Shown here: positions 30,578 to 38,920 of the stretch, piece after piece
Position numbering within the stretch: position 1 is the first letter of the stretch
Layout of the letters: every line of letters starts with the position of its first letter
Origin: a virus
Lineage: Duplodnaviria > Heunggongvirae > Uroviricota > Caudoviricetes
Direction: 5' to 3' (one strand)
Virus record (IMG/VR): IMGVR_UViG_646206259_000001
DNA length: 40,052 nucleotides
The notes under the pieces: generated by a model
The model's database searches: none
What the model saw: only the letters and a program-made list of their open reading frames with translations
Told to the model about the DNA's origin: nothing
Position numbers and translations under genes: made by a program

Positions 30578-31237
30578 ATGAAAATGAAATGGTATGAACT
30601 GGCTAGATCCAGAATGAAAGAGCTCGGCATAACTCAAGAGAAGTTAGCCGAAGAGCTAGGTATGACGCAGGGTGGGATTGGACACTGGTTGCGCGGATCT
30701 CGTCATCCATCTCTTAGTGATATTGGTGTGGTGTTTAAATACCTTGGTATTGATAACATATCATTCAACCACGACGGGACATTTTCACCTGTTGGCGAAT
30801 ACTCATCGGCCCCAGTTAAAAAACAATATGAGTACCCTGTTTTTTCTCATGTTCAGGCTGGGATGTTCTCTCCAGAACTCAGAACCTTTACCAAAGGCGA
30901 TGCGGAGAGATTGGTAAGCACAACCAAAAAAGCCAGTGACTCTGCATTCTGGCTTGAGGTTGAAGGTAACTCAATGACCGCACCAACAGGTTCCAAACCC
31001 AGCTTTCCTGACGGGATGTTAATTCTGGTTGACCCTGAGCAAGCTGTTGAGCCCGGCGATTTCTGCATAGCCAGACTTGGTGGTGATGAATTTACCTTCA
31101 AGAAACTGATCAGGGATAGCGGTCAGGTGTTTCTACAGCCACTAAACCCACAATACCCAATGATCCCATGCAATGAGAGTTGTTCCGTTGTGGGGAAAGT
31201 TATCGCCAGCCAATGGCCTGAAGAGACGTTTGGGTGA
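30578..31237 (+). CDS. cI: CI repressor (HTH N-domain plus LexA-like S24 autocleavage domain)
   Basis: HTH ...[23 protein letters not shown]...; Ala-Gly cleavage site (VQAGMF), catalytic Ser (GNSMTAP) and Lys (FTFKKLIRD); AAGGA RBS. Confidence 0.85.
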   Translation: MKMKWYELARSRMKELGITQEKLAEELGMTQGGIGHWLRGSRHPSLSDIGVVFKYLGIDNISFNHDGTFSPVGEYSSAPVKKQYEYPVFSHVQAGMFSPELRTFTKGDAERLVSTTKKASDSAFWLEVEGNSMTAPTGSKPSFPDGMLILVDPEQAVEPGDFCIARLGGDEFTFKKLIRDSGQVFLQPLNPQYPMIPCNESCSVVGKVIASQWPEETFG

Positions 31238-31276
31238 TGAAACCACTTTTATCTACAATTTACAGGGCGGTAAACA

Positions 31277-31834
31277 TTGGCAAAAATAGATGATTATCAG
31301 CCAAGCCAAGTAGAAGTTGATAAAGTACTTTATTGTAAAAAAATAGTTAACTTTTCTGGCGTTAAATGGAAACAGAAACCAAGTCGCTCTGATATGTGGC
31401 TACAAGCCCATATCATCCCCTTGGATGAGGATTGTATACCTATACAAGGGCTAAAGTTTGAACTGAAATGGAAACCAGATCAGGATTCAGAACCTGATGA
31501 CCCGATTTCTTACCCTAAAATAAATATTATTGCTTTCTATCATAACAAGAGGGTTTTCGCGGTAGATACCTATCACTTTGACAAACACACGAATAGTTAC
31601 AAGGTCGATCATCCGAAGTACCAAGATATCATTTACGGTGCTCACTACCATGTATACTATGAAGAAGCTGGATACTATAGTGATAGAATAGCGTTTCCAA
31701 TCGAAGATGACATAAACCCAGATGACCTGGTAGGGTATTGGAATTACTTCTGTAAACATCTGAACATAACTTACTCTGGGAGAATACCTTTACCGCTTGA
31801 AGATGAGTCGGGGCAAATGGGGTTTGGAATATGA
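31277..31834 (+). CDS. Hypothetical protein A (185 aa) of the cI-linked module; Tyr/Asp-rich, no TM segment; TTG start predicted, first ATG at 31394
   Basis: ORF 39 nt downstream of cI, AT-rich; stop overlaps the start of the next gene (ATGA at 31831-31834). Confidence 0.55.
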   Translation: MAKIDDYQPSQVEVDKVLYCKKIVNFSGVKWKQKPSRSDMWLQAHIIPLDEDCIPIQGLKFELKWKPDQDSEPDDPISYPKINIIAFYHNKRVFAVDTYHFDKHTNSYKVDHPKYQDIIYGAHYHVYYEEAGYYSDRIAFPIEDDINPDDLVGYWNYFCKHLNITYSGRIPLPLEDESGQMGFGI

Positions 31835-32583
31835 TGTGCTCAACAGTGATCTCACAACTAGGTTTCGAATGCCATCCAATAGGCAAGACCTTGAGAATTA
31901 TCAGTCCATTCACTTACTGTGATGATGGAGAGCATGTCGGTGCCTTTATCCGTGAAGTCAATGGTAGGTATTTAGTTAGTGACAGATGCGATGCCTTAAT
32001 GAATATGGAGGCAAGAGGGATCTCGCTTACCAAAAAACGACTTGATGAGATACGACAATTACTGCTTAAAGAAGGCGCAGAACTCAATGCTCGAGGAGAA
32101 ATCATTGCTTGGGCAACAGAAAAGGATGTCGGTGCGATTACATCGAACATAATTAGAGCTGGTATACTCGCATCAACTTTGTCGTTAGACTGGTATCAGC
32201 CAGTTCAAGCTGAAAAGTTTGAAAGTATGGTTATTGATTATCTATATCACACAGAGCTTAGAGACGCACTTTCTCTTCGTGAAAACGTATATGGCTTGAG
32301 TGGACATCAAATTACCGTCCCTGTAACAATAAAAACCGACATACCTAAATACGTTTTTACATCAAGCGTGAAACACGGAGGAAGCTGGAATAGTGCTTAC
32401 TCATTGCTTGGGAAACTAATTGATCTTAAAGCTTCAAGTGAGGAGTATAACAACAGATTTGTTGTTATAGACAGCGAAGCAATTGGTGATCAAATGCAAC
32501 AACTCTCCTTACTCTTCCATGAATCAAGCCAAGTTCTACCATTCTCCAAAAGAGAGACTTGGGTTAAGAGACTTGCAGCATAA
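31831..32583 (+). CDS. Hypothetical protein B (250 aa) of the cI-linked module; soluble, no recognised motif
   Basis: ATG at 31831 translationally coupled to protein A; followed 5 nt later by a terminator. Confidence 0.6.
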   Translation: MMCSTVISQLGFECHPIGKTLRIISPFTYCDDGEHVGAFIREVNGRYLVSDRCDALMNMEARGISLTKKRLDEIRQLLLKEGAELNARGEIIAWATEKDVGAITSNIIRAGILASTLSLDWYQPVQAEKFESMVIDYLYHTELRDALSLRENVYGLSGHQITVPVTIKTDIPKYVFTSSVKHGGSWNSAYSLLGKLIDLKASSEEYNNRFVVIDSEAIGDQMQQLSLLFHESSQVLPFSKRETWVKRLAA

Positions 32584-32588
32584 TACAA

Positions 32589-32610
32589 CCCGGCCTCAGC
32601 GCCGGGTTTT
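32589..32610 (+). terminator. Rho-independent terminator ending the cI operon (t-imm equivalent)
   Basis: CCCGGC-CTCAGC-GCCGGG stem-loop followed by TTTTCTTT. Confidence 0.7.
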
Positions 32611-32802
32611 CTTTGCCTCACGTTCGCCCACCTAAAAACACATAACCAATTATATTTATTGAAAAATAAATAGATGCAACCCACTAAACCACGCAATTCT
32701 GATCTCTCCTTACATCGCCGAGGCAATACATCCACGCTAAAAAACAACACTATTAAATACAAAGCGTTATAAAAAACCACGCCAACTTACAACAAATTGT
32801 AT

Positions 32803-32831
32803 TGATCTTGTAAAGTACATATCGTACTATT
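32803..32831 (+). promoter_or_regulatory. PL promoter candidate (-35 TTGATC, 17-bp spacer, -10 TACTAT) with overlapping operator-like dyads
   Basis: Sigma70-like hexamers ~45 nt upstream of nutL boxA; dyad AGTACATATCGTACT at 32814-32828. Confidence 0.4.
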
Positions 32832-32876
32832 TAACCGTCAGCAGGACGCTGGAAGCCAAATGGAACAGACTGGCAG

Positions 32877-32922
32877 GCTCTTTAAACAACGTCGACTCTC
32901 GACTACGTGGCTGAAAAGCCAG
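32877..32922 (+). promoter_or_regulatory. nutL candidate: boxA (GCTCTTTAAACAA) and boxB hairpin (UGGCU-GAAA-AGCCA)
   Basis: boxA matches the GCTCTTTAA consensus; boxB 5-bp stem with GAAA loop shares the core GCUGAAAAGC with the nutR candidate. Confidence 0.6.
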
Positions 32923-33019
32923 ATCACCCAACCACATAAGCTGTGGGATGCAATGCCGAAGCAACCGTCTCAGGAGGAGCTTCGAGATTGCATCGCCAAA
33001 GTTTATTCGGGAGGAATCC

Positions 33020-33292
33020 ATGTCCAGAAAAACAGAATTTAAAGGCACCGCAGCTTCTCGCCGTAGAGCTCGTCGCGCAAATCTGCAAAGTCAGGAGGCG
33101 ATCAGCTCCGACAAGCTACACAGGCCAACCCCTTCACGAGTGGTCTTGCAATGCAAGCTCAAACCAGCAATGAGAGCAGAAGTGATAACTCTGACAACGT
33201 TGACCAGAAAATATGAAGGTTCAACTTGTCTTCCGAACGTAGCTCTTTACGCGGCAGGCTACCGGAAATCAAAACAACTGACGGCGAGATGA
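33020..33292 (+). CDS. N: Antiterminator N (P22 gp24-like), 90 aa
   Basis: N-terminal arginine-rich motif (TAASRRRARRANLQ) and C-terminal ...LPNVALYAAGYRKSKQLTAR resembling P22 N; strong GGGAGGA RBS. Confidence 0.75.
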   Translation: MSRKTEFKGTAASRRRARRANLQSQEAISSDKLHRPTPSRVVLQCKLKPAMRAEVITLTTLTRKYEGSTCLPNVALYAAGYRKSKQLTAR

Positions 33293-33308
33293 TAAATTCA
33301 TTTGCTAA

Positions 33309-33890
33309 TTACTTGTTTTTGCCATGCTTATCCTGAGCGATAAGTTCATCCATAAGGCTGTCTGCCTTCCCGGCAAACCTAATGTAGCACTCATGTCTAT
33401 AGCTTTCAGGGATAACGAAACGGTCGGTATCAGGATATCCAACAGCAGGAGGCCTTCGAACGAGGAGTCCTTTTTTGAGCAATGAAATTGATTCATGAGC
33501 GCCCTTTTCCGTTTGTAGCTGGTTATTAGCGGCTACAGCGAATGCCAAATACGCTCTTTCTCCAAGAGTTAACGAATCAAACAAATCTTGCACATATTTT
33601 TCTTCTTTAGATTTGCGCTTCTGAGCAGCGAATACCTCAATTCTTTCAGTCACAGCGTGATAAGCGGAATTAACAACGCCGTTAAGCACATAGCTAACGC
33701 AAAACAACAGGATGTAATACATCCAGTAATGAGGAAGGATTTCTGGATTATGCAGGTTTATCCATTCTTTTACGCTTACCGGCATAACAATAATCAATAT
33801 GATCAGGATGATTAGCATATGAATCAACTGTTTAAGTGTCATTCCTTGCAGGAAAAAATGCATTAGTTCCTGCCACCATGAGTTGTTCAT
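33309..33890 (-). CDS. sieB: Superinfection exclusion protein SieB-like (193 aa, membrane)
   Basis: Two hydrophobic segments in the N-terminal half; size and position between N and ral match lambda sieB; sequence match from memory is weak. Confidence 0.5.
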   Translation of the reverse strand: MNNSWWQELMHFFLQGMTLKQLIHMLIILIILIIVMPVSVKEWINLHNPEILPHYWMYYILLFCVSYVLNGVVNSAYHAVTERIEVFAAQKRKSKEEKYVQDLFDSLTLGERAYLAFAVAANNQLQTEKGAHESISLLKKGLLVRRPPAVGYPDTDRFVIPESYRHECYIRFAGKADSLMDELIAQDKHGKNK

Positions 33891-34103
33891 CGGCGTTTCT
33901 CTTTTGCTCTCTGTAGGGGTGAATAGAGTTTATCCGATTTCTCGTTGTAGGGGTACACGAGAACCACCGAGCCTGATGTGGTTAAAAGACAGGCACAATC
34001 TTTACTACCGCAATCCACTATTTAAGGTGATATATGGAAGAAGAATTTGAAGAGTTCGAAGAGCATCCTCAAGATGTGATGGAACAATACCAGGACTATC
34101 CGT

Positions 34104-34304
34104 ATGACTACGACTATTGATACAAATCAATGGTGTGGACAATTCAAACGATGCAATGGATGCAAGCTGCAATCGGAATGCATGGTTAAGCCTGAAGAAA
34201 TGTTTCCTGTAATGGAAGATGGGAAATATGTCGATAAATGGGCAATACGAACGACGGCAATGATTGCCAGAGAACTTGGTAAACAGAACAACAAAGCTGC
34301 CTGA
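34104..34304 (+). CDS. ral: Restriction alleviation protein Ral
   Basis: MTTTIDTNQWCGQFKRCNGCKLQSECMVKPEEMFPVMEDGKYVDKWAIRTTAMIARELGKQNNKAA, 66 aa, matches lambda Ral. Confidence 0.85.
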   Translation: MTTTIDTNQWCGQFKRCNGCKLQSECMVKPEEMFPVMEDGKYVDKWAIRTTAMIARELGKQNNKAA

Positions 34305-34440
34305 TAGTGGCCTTTATTTTTGGCATAAATAACAGAATAAACACTGCACTGTGTATTCATTCCAACGAGTGAATACACGGAGCAATGTCGCTCGTAACTA
34401 AACAGGAGCCGACTTGTTCTGATTATTGGAAATCTTCTTT

Positions 34441-34466
34441 GCCCTCCAGTGTGAGGGCGATTTTTT
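34441..34466 (+). terminator. Rho-independent terminator in the PL operon (tL-type)
   Basis: GCCCTC-CAGTGT-GAGGGC stem-loop followed by GATTTTTTA. Confidence 0.6.
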
Positions 34467-34486
34467 ATCTATGAGGATATGAATAG

Positions 34487-34855
34487 ATGTCAAACATCAA
34501 AAAATACATCATTGATTACGACTGGAAAGCATCAATAGAAATTGAAATTGACCATGACGTAATGACAGAGGAAAAACTTCACCAGATTAATAATTTCTGG
34601 TCAGACTCTGAATACCGACTCAATAAACACGGCTCTGTATTAAATGCTGTATTAATCATGCTGGCGCAACATGCTCTGCTTATAGCAATTTCAAGCGACT
34701 TAAATGCATATGGTGTTGTGTGTGAGTTCGACTGGAATGATGGAAATGGTCAGGAAGGATGGCCTCCAATGGATGGTAGTGAAGGAATAAGAATTACCGA
34801 TATCGATACATCAGGAATATTTGATTCAGATGATATGACTATCAAGGCCGCCTGA
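34487..34855 (+). CDS. ea10: Ea10-like early protein (122 aa)
   Basis: 122-aa ORF between ral and cIII, the position and size of lambda ea10; flanking genes are near-identical to lambda. Confidence 0.5.
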   Translation: MSNIKKYIIDYDWKASIEIEIDHDVMTEEKLHQINNFWSDSEYRLNKHGSVLNAVLIMLAQHALLIAISSDLNAYGVVCEFDWNDGNGQEGWPPMDGSEGIRITDIDTSGIFDSDDMTIKAA

Positions 34856-34927
34856 GCGCGGCGTTACCGCATACCAATTACGCTTCACTCGAGGCGTTTT
34901 TCGTTATGTATAAATAAGGAGCACACC

Positions 34928-35092
34928 ATGCAATATGCCATTGCAGGGTGGCCTGTTGCTGGCTGCCCTTCCGAATCTTTACTTGAACGAATCACCCGTA
35001 AATTACGTGACGGATGGAAACGCCTTATCGACATACTTAATCAGCCAGGAGTCCCAAAAAATGGATCAAACAATTATGGCTATCCAGACTAA
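34928..35092 (+). CDS. cIII: CIII protein (FtsH inhibitor), 54 aa
   Basis: Hand translation [54 protein letters not shown] matches lambda CIII; absent from the ORF track (<60 aa). Confidence 0.85.
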   Translation: MQYAIAGWPVAGCPSESLLERITRKLRDGWKRLIDILNQPGVPKNGSNNYGYPD

Positions 35093-35204
35093 ATTCACTA
35101 TCGCCACTTTTATTGGCGATGAAAAGATGTTTCGTGAGGCCGTCGACGCTTATAAAAAATGGATATTAATACTGAAACTGAGATCAAGCAAAAGCATTCA
35201 CTAA
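35061..35204 (+). CDS. kil: Kil protein (host killing / FtsZ inhibition), 47 aa
   Basis: [47 protein letters not shown] matches lambda Kil; it is the C-terminal part of the 89-aa track ORF and overlaps the cIII 3' end. Confidence 0.8.
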   Translation: MDQTIMAIQTKFTIATFIGDEKMFREAVDAYKKWILILKLRSSKSIH

Positions 35205-35279
35205 CCCCCTTTCCTGTTTTCCTAATCAGCCTGGCATTTCGCGGGCGATATTTTCACAGCCATTTTCAGGAGTTCAGCC

Positions 35280-35576
35280 ATGAACGCTTATTACATTCAG
35301 GATCGTCTTGAGGCTCAGAGCTGGGCGCGTCACTACCAGCAGATCGCCCGTGAAGAGAAAGAGGCAGAACTGGCAGACGACATGGAAAAAGGCCTGCCCC
35401 AGCACCTGTTTGAATCGCTATGTATCGATCATTTACAACGCCACGGGGCCAGCAAAAAAGCCATTACCCGTGCGTTTGATGACGATGTTGAGTTTCAGGA
35501 GCGCATGGCAGAACACATCCGGTACATAGTTGAAACCATTGCTCACCATCAGGCTGATATTGATTCAGAGGTATAA
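35280..35576 (+). CDS. gam: Gam (RecBCD inhibitor), GamS form, 98 aa
   Basis: [60 protein letters not shown]... matches lambda Gam. Confidence 0.9.
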   Translation: MNAYYIQDRLEAQSWARHYQQIAREEKEAELADDMEKGLPQHLFESLCIDHLQRHGASKKAITRAFDDDVEFQERMAEHIRYIVETIAHHQADIDSEV

Positions 35577-35581
35577 AACGG

Positions 35582-36367
35582 ATGAGTACAGCACTCGCAA
35601 CGCTGGCAGGGAAGCTGGCTGAACGTGTCGGCATGGATTCTGTCGACCCACAGGAACTGATCACCACTCTTCGCCAGACGGCATTTAAAGGTGATGCCAG
35701 CGATGCGCAGTTCATCGCATTGTTGATCGTCGCCAACCAGTACGGCCTTAATCCGTGGACGAAAGAAATTTACGCCTTCCCTGATAAGCAGAACGGCATT
35801 GTTCCGGTGGTGGGCGTTGATGGCTGGTCCCGCATCATCAATGAAAACCAGCAGTTTGATGGTATGGACTTTGAGCAGGACAATGAATCATGTACATGCC
35901 GGATTTACCGCAAAGACCGCAATCATCCGATCTGCGTTACCGAGTGGATGGATGAATGCCGCCGCGAACCATTCAAAACCCGCGAAGGCAGAGAAATCAC
36001 GGGGCCGTGGCAGTCGCATCCCAAACGGATGTTACGGCATAAAGCCATGATTCAGTGTGCCCGTCTGGCCTTCGGATTTGCTGGTATCTATGACAAGGAT
36101 GAAGCCGAGCGCATTGTCGAAAATACCGCATACACTGCAGAACGTCAGCCGGAACGCGACATCACTCCGGTTAACGATGAAACCATGCAGGAGATTAACA
36201 CTCTGCTGATTGCCCTGGACAAAACATGGGATGACGACTTATTGCCGCTCTGTTCCCAGATATTTCGCCGCGACATTCGCGCATCGTCAGAACTGACACA
36301 GGCCGAAGCAGTGAAAGCTCTTGGATTCCTGAAACAGAAAGCCACTGAGCAGAAGGTGGCAGCATGA
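35582..36367 (+). CDS. bet: Recombinase Bet (Red beta)
   Basis: 261 aa; [68 protein letters not shown]... matches lambda Bet. Confidence 0.9.
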   Translation: MSTALATLAGKLAERVGMDSVDPQELITTLRQTAFKGDASDAQFIALLIVANQYGLNPWTKEIYAFPDKQNGIVPVVGVDGWSRIINENQQFDGMDFEQDNESCTCRIYRKDRNHPICVTEWMDECRREPFKTREGREITGPWQSHPKRMLRHKAMIQCARLAFGFAGIYDKDEAERIVENTAYTAERQPERDITPVNDETMQEINTLLIALDKTWDDDLLPLCSQIFRRDIRASSELTQAEAVKALGFLKQKATEQKVAA

Positions 36368-37044
36368 CACCGGACATTATCCTGCAGCGTACCGGGATCG
36401 ACGTGAGAGCTGTCGAACAGGGGGATGATGCATGGCACAAATTACGGCTCGGCGTCATCACCGCTTCAGAAGTTCACAACGTGATAGCAAAGCCCCGCTC
36501 AGGAAAGAAGTGGCCTGACATGAAAATGTCCTACTTCCACACCCTGCTGGCTGAGGTTTGCACCGGTGTGGCTCCGGAAGTTAATGCTAAGGCGCTGGCG
36601 TGGGGAAAACAGTACGAGAACGACGCCAGAACCCTGTTTGAATTCACTTCCGGCGTGAATGTTACTGAATCCCCGATCATCTATCGCGACGAAAGTATGC
36701 GCACCGCCTGCTCTCCCGATGGTTTATGCAGTGACGGCAATGGCCTTGAGCTGAAATGCCCGTTTACCTCCCGGGATTTCATGAAGTTCCGGCTCGGTGG
36801 TTTCGAGGCCATAAAGTCGGCTTACATGGCCCAGGTGCAGTACAGCATGTGGGTGACACGAAAAGATGCCTGGTACTTTGCCAACTATGACCCACGAATG
36901 AAGCGTGAAGGCCTGCATTATGTCGTGGTTGAGCGGGATGAAAAGTACATGGCGAGTTTTGACGAGATGGTGCCGGAGTTCATCGAAAAAATGGACGAAG
37001 CACTGGCTGAAATTGGTTTTGTATTTGGAGAGCAATGGCGATGA
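36364..37044 (+). CDS. exo: Exonuclease Exo (Red alpha)
   Basis: 226 aa; [65 protein letters not shown]... matches lambda Exo. Confidence 0.9.
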   Translation: MTPDIILQRTGIDVRAVEQGDDAWHKLRLGVITASEVHNVIAKPRSGKKWPDMKMSYFHTLLAEVCTGVAPEVNAKALAWGKQYENDARTLFEFTSGVNVTESPIIYRDESMRTACSPDGLCSDGNGLELKCPFTSRDFMKFRLGGFEAIKSAYMAQVQYSMWVTRKDAWYFANYDPRMKREGLHYVVVERDEKYMASFDEMVPEFIEKMDEALAEIGFVFGEQWR

Positions 37045-37223
37045 CCCATCCTCACGATAATATCCGGGTAGGCGCGATCACTTTCGTCTACTCCGTTACA
37101 AAGCGAGGCTGGGTATTTCACGGTCTTTCTGTTATCCGAAATCCGCTGAAAGCCCAGCGGCTGGCTGAGGAGATAAATAATAAACGGGGGGCGGTATGCA
37201 CAAAGCATCTCCTGTTGAGTTAA
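37035..37223 (+). CDS. Lambda orf60a-like protein
   Basis: 62-aa ORF overlapping the exo 3' end; position matches lambda orf60a. Confidence 0.5.
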   Translation: MAMTHPHDNIRVGAITFVYSVTKRGWVFHGLSVIRNPLKAQRLAEEINNKRGAVCTKHLLLS

Positions 37224-37387
37224 GAACGAGTATTGATTTGGCACATAGCCTTGCTCAAATTGGAGTCAGGTTTGTGCCAATACCAGCAGAAACAGACGAA
37301 GAATTTCATACGTTAGCCACATCCCTTTCACAAAAGCTGGAAATGATGGTGGCGAAAGCAGAAGCAGATGAGAGAGACCAGGTATGA
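37196..37387 (+). CDS. Lambda orf63-like protein
   Basis: 63-aa ORF; size and position match lambda orf63. Confidence 0.5.
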   Translation: MHKASPVELRTSIDLAHSLAQIGVRFVPIPAETDEEFHTLATSLSQKLEMMVAKAEADERDQV

Positions 37388-37397
37388 CAACCACTGA

Positions 37398-37580
37398 ATG
37401 CATTTTTCTGGCAGCGGGCTTCATATTCTGTGTGCTTATGCTTGCCGACATGGGGCTTGTTCAGTGACACCTCAGCAAGAAAACGCCCTTCGCAGCATTG
37501 CCCGTCAGGCTAATTCTGAAATCAAAAAAGTCAGACAGCAGTTTCCAAAAACGTCAATGACATTTGCCGTAGCGTACTGA
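37398..37580 (+). CDS. Lambda orf61-like protein
   Basis: 60-aa ORF; position matches lambda orf61; an overlapping 27-codon hydrophobic ORF (37384-37467) also exists. Confidence 0.4.
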   Translation: MHFSGSGLHILCAYACRHGACSVTPQQENALRSIARQANSEIKKVRQQFPKTSMTFAVAY

Positions 37581-37697
37581 AGAAGCACCGCGAAACGGTA
37601 ACGCTGAAGGGATTCACACCGACTCATTTAAGCCTGGCAATCGGCATGTTAAACGGCGTCTTTAAGGAACGATGAACATGAAAAGCAAAATTATCAG

Positions 37698-37718
37698 GGA
37701 GCTACAGGCTCCTTTTTT
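37698..37718 (+). terminator. Rho-independent terminator candidate
   Basis: GGAGC-TACAG-GCTCC stem-loop followed by TTTTTTATT. Confidence 0.55.
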
Positions 37719-37773
37719 ATTGTTCGCATTCACCCTCAAGCGTATTAACCAACAGTTCAGGGATTAATGAAAG

Positions 37774-37995
37774 ATGGCAGACATCATTGATTCAGCATCA
37801 GAAATAGAAGAATTACAGCGCAACACAGCAATAAAAATGCGCCGCCTGAACTACCTGGCTGTATCTGCCACTCATTGTTGTGAGTGTGGCGATCCGATAG
37901 ATGAACGAAGACGCCTGGCCGTTCAGGGTTGTCGGACTTGCGCCAGTTGCCAGCAAGATCTGGAGCTTATCCGCAAACAAAGGGGGATTAAGTGA
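37774..37995 (+). CDS. TraR/DksA-family C4 zinc-finger protein (73 aa)
   Basis: CxxC-N17-CxxC (CCECGDPIDERRRLAVQGCRTCASC) in a 73-aa protein. Confidence 0.65.
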   Translation: MADIIDSASEIEELQRNTAIKMRRLNYLAVSATHCCECGDPIDERRRLAVQGCRTCASCQQDLELIRKQRGIK

Positions 37996-38321
37996 TGGCT
38001 AACCTGCAACTTGCTGTTAAAAGTGAATACTTCGATGCCATGATTCGCGGAGAGAAAACGGAAGAGTATCGCTTGTGTAATGACTACTGGAATAAGCGAA
38101 TTATGTTCCGGGAATATGACCGCCTGATTATCACAAAGGGATATCCGAAGCGCGACGATTCCAGTCGCAGAATTGATGTTCCGTATGACGGATATGAAGT
38201 GAAGACAATCACACATCCGCACTTTGGCGATAAACCGGTAAAGGTGTTCGCTATAAAGGTGAATATCAGCACTGAATATCAATCCGCACAACACAAGGTC
38301 AAGAATGTTCAGAGTGATTGA
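37992..38321 (+). CDS. ASCH/DUF3850-like domain protein (109 aa)
   Basis: N-terminal pattern ...KSEYFDAMIRGEKTEEYR... typical of ASCH-like domains; ATGA coupling to the upstream gene. Confidence 0.45.
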   Translation: MMANLQLAVKSEYFDAMIRGEKTEEYRLCNDYWNKRIMFREYDRLIITKGYPKRDDSSRRIDVPYDGYEVKTITHPHFGDKPVKVFAIKVNISTEYQSAQHKVKNVQSD

Positions 38322-38544
38322 CCCTAACACCTGGTACGTCGACCACCACGGCACTCCCTGCAAAATCCTGCGTTCTACCCACAACAAAGTTCACTACATC
38401 CGAAAAGGCAGAACATGTATCGCCAGCATGTTCCGCTTTAATCATGACTTTGAACCTGTGAATAAAGCTGATGCAGATCGGATAGCAGAAGAGATCGAAA
38501 CGGCAGAACACATTAAGAAGTTACGTGACATGCGCAGGAAATAG
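38305..38544 (+). CDS. Hypothetical protein (79 aa)
   Basis: ORF in the int-proximal accessory region; overlaps the previous gene by 17 nt, true start may be internal. Confidence 0.4.
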   Translation: MFRVIDPNTWYVDHHGTPCKILRSTHNKVHYIRKGRTCIASMFRFNHDFEPVNKADADRIAEEIETAEHIKKLRDMRRK

Positions 38545-38683
38545 AAAAATTGATAAATTCAATACTGCATTTCTCAGCATTAAATTTATCTCTATGACCA
38601 GTCAAGAGATGTACCTGCCATGAGCTTAATATCATGTCAGATATATCGGTCACAAACTCCCTCAGCAGCTAAGAGGAGGACAA

Positions 38684-38920
38684 ATGTCTCGACTAATCAC
38701 TTTACAGGACTGGGCTAAAGAAGAATTTGGGGACTTAGCACCAAGTGAGCGAGTTCTGAAAAAATACGCGCAAGGGAAAATGATGGCCCCACCCGCTATA
38801 AAAGTTGGTCGCTACTGGATGATTGACCGAAATTCCCGTTTTGTAGGAACGCTTGCAGAACCGCAACTCCCAATAAACGCAAACCCAAAACTCCAAAGGA
38901 TAATCGCTGATGGCTGCTAG
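38684..38920 (+). CDS. xis: Excisionase Xis
   Basis: 78 aa, MSRLITLQDWAKEE... resembles phage excisionases; GAGGAGGA RBS; overlaps the int start. Confidence 0.7.
   Translation: MSRLITLQDWAKEEFGDLAPSERVLKKYAQGKMMAPPAIKVGRYWMIDRNSRFVGTLAEPQLPINANPKLQRIIADGC

Noticed and set aside
30251-30637. 128-aa extended cro ORF
   Set aside because: The upstream extension runs through the operator region and overlaps the cI start; the 71-aa form starting at 30466 has a proper RBS and an HTH at its N-terminus.
32860-33042. 60-aa ORF upstream of N
   Set aside because: Lies over the nutL leader in a different frame from N with no RBS; N starts at 33020 with a strong RBS.
34935-35204. 89-aa ORF from the track
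   Set aside because: Replaced by two genuine genes: cIII (34928-35092, another frame) and kil (35061-35204, the C-terminal part of this ORF).
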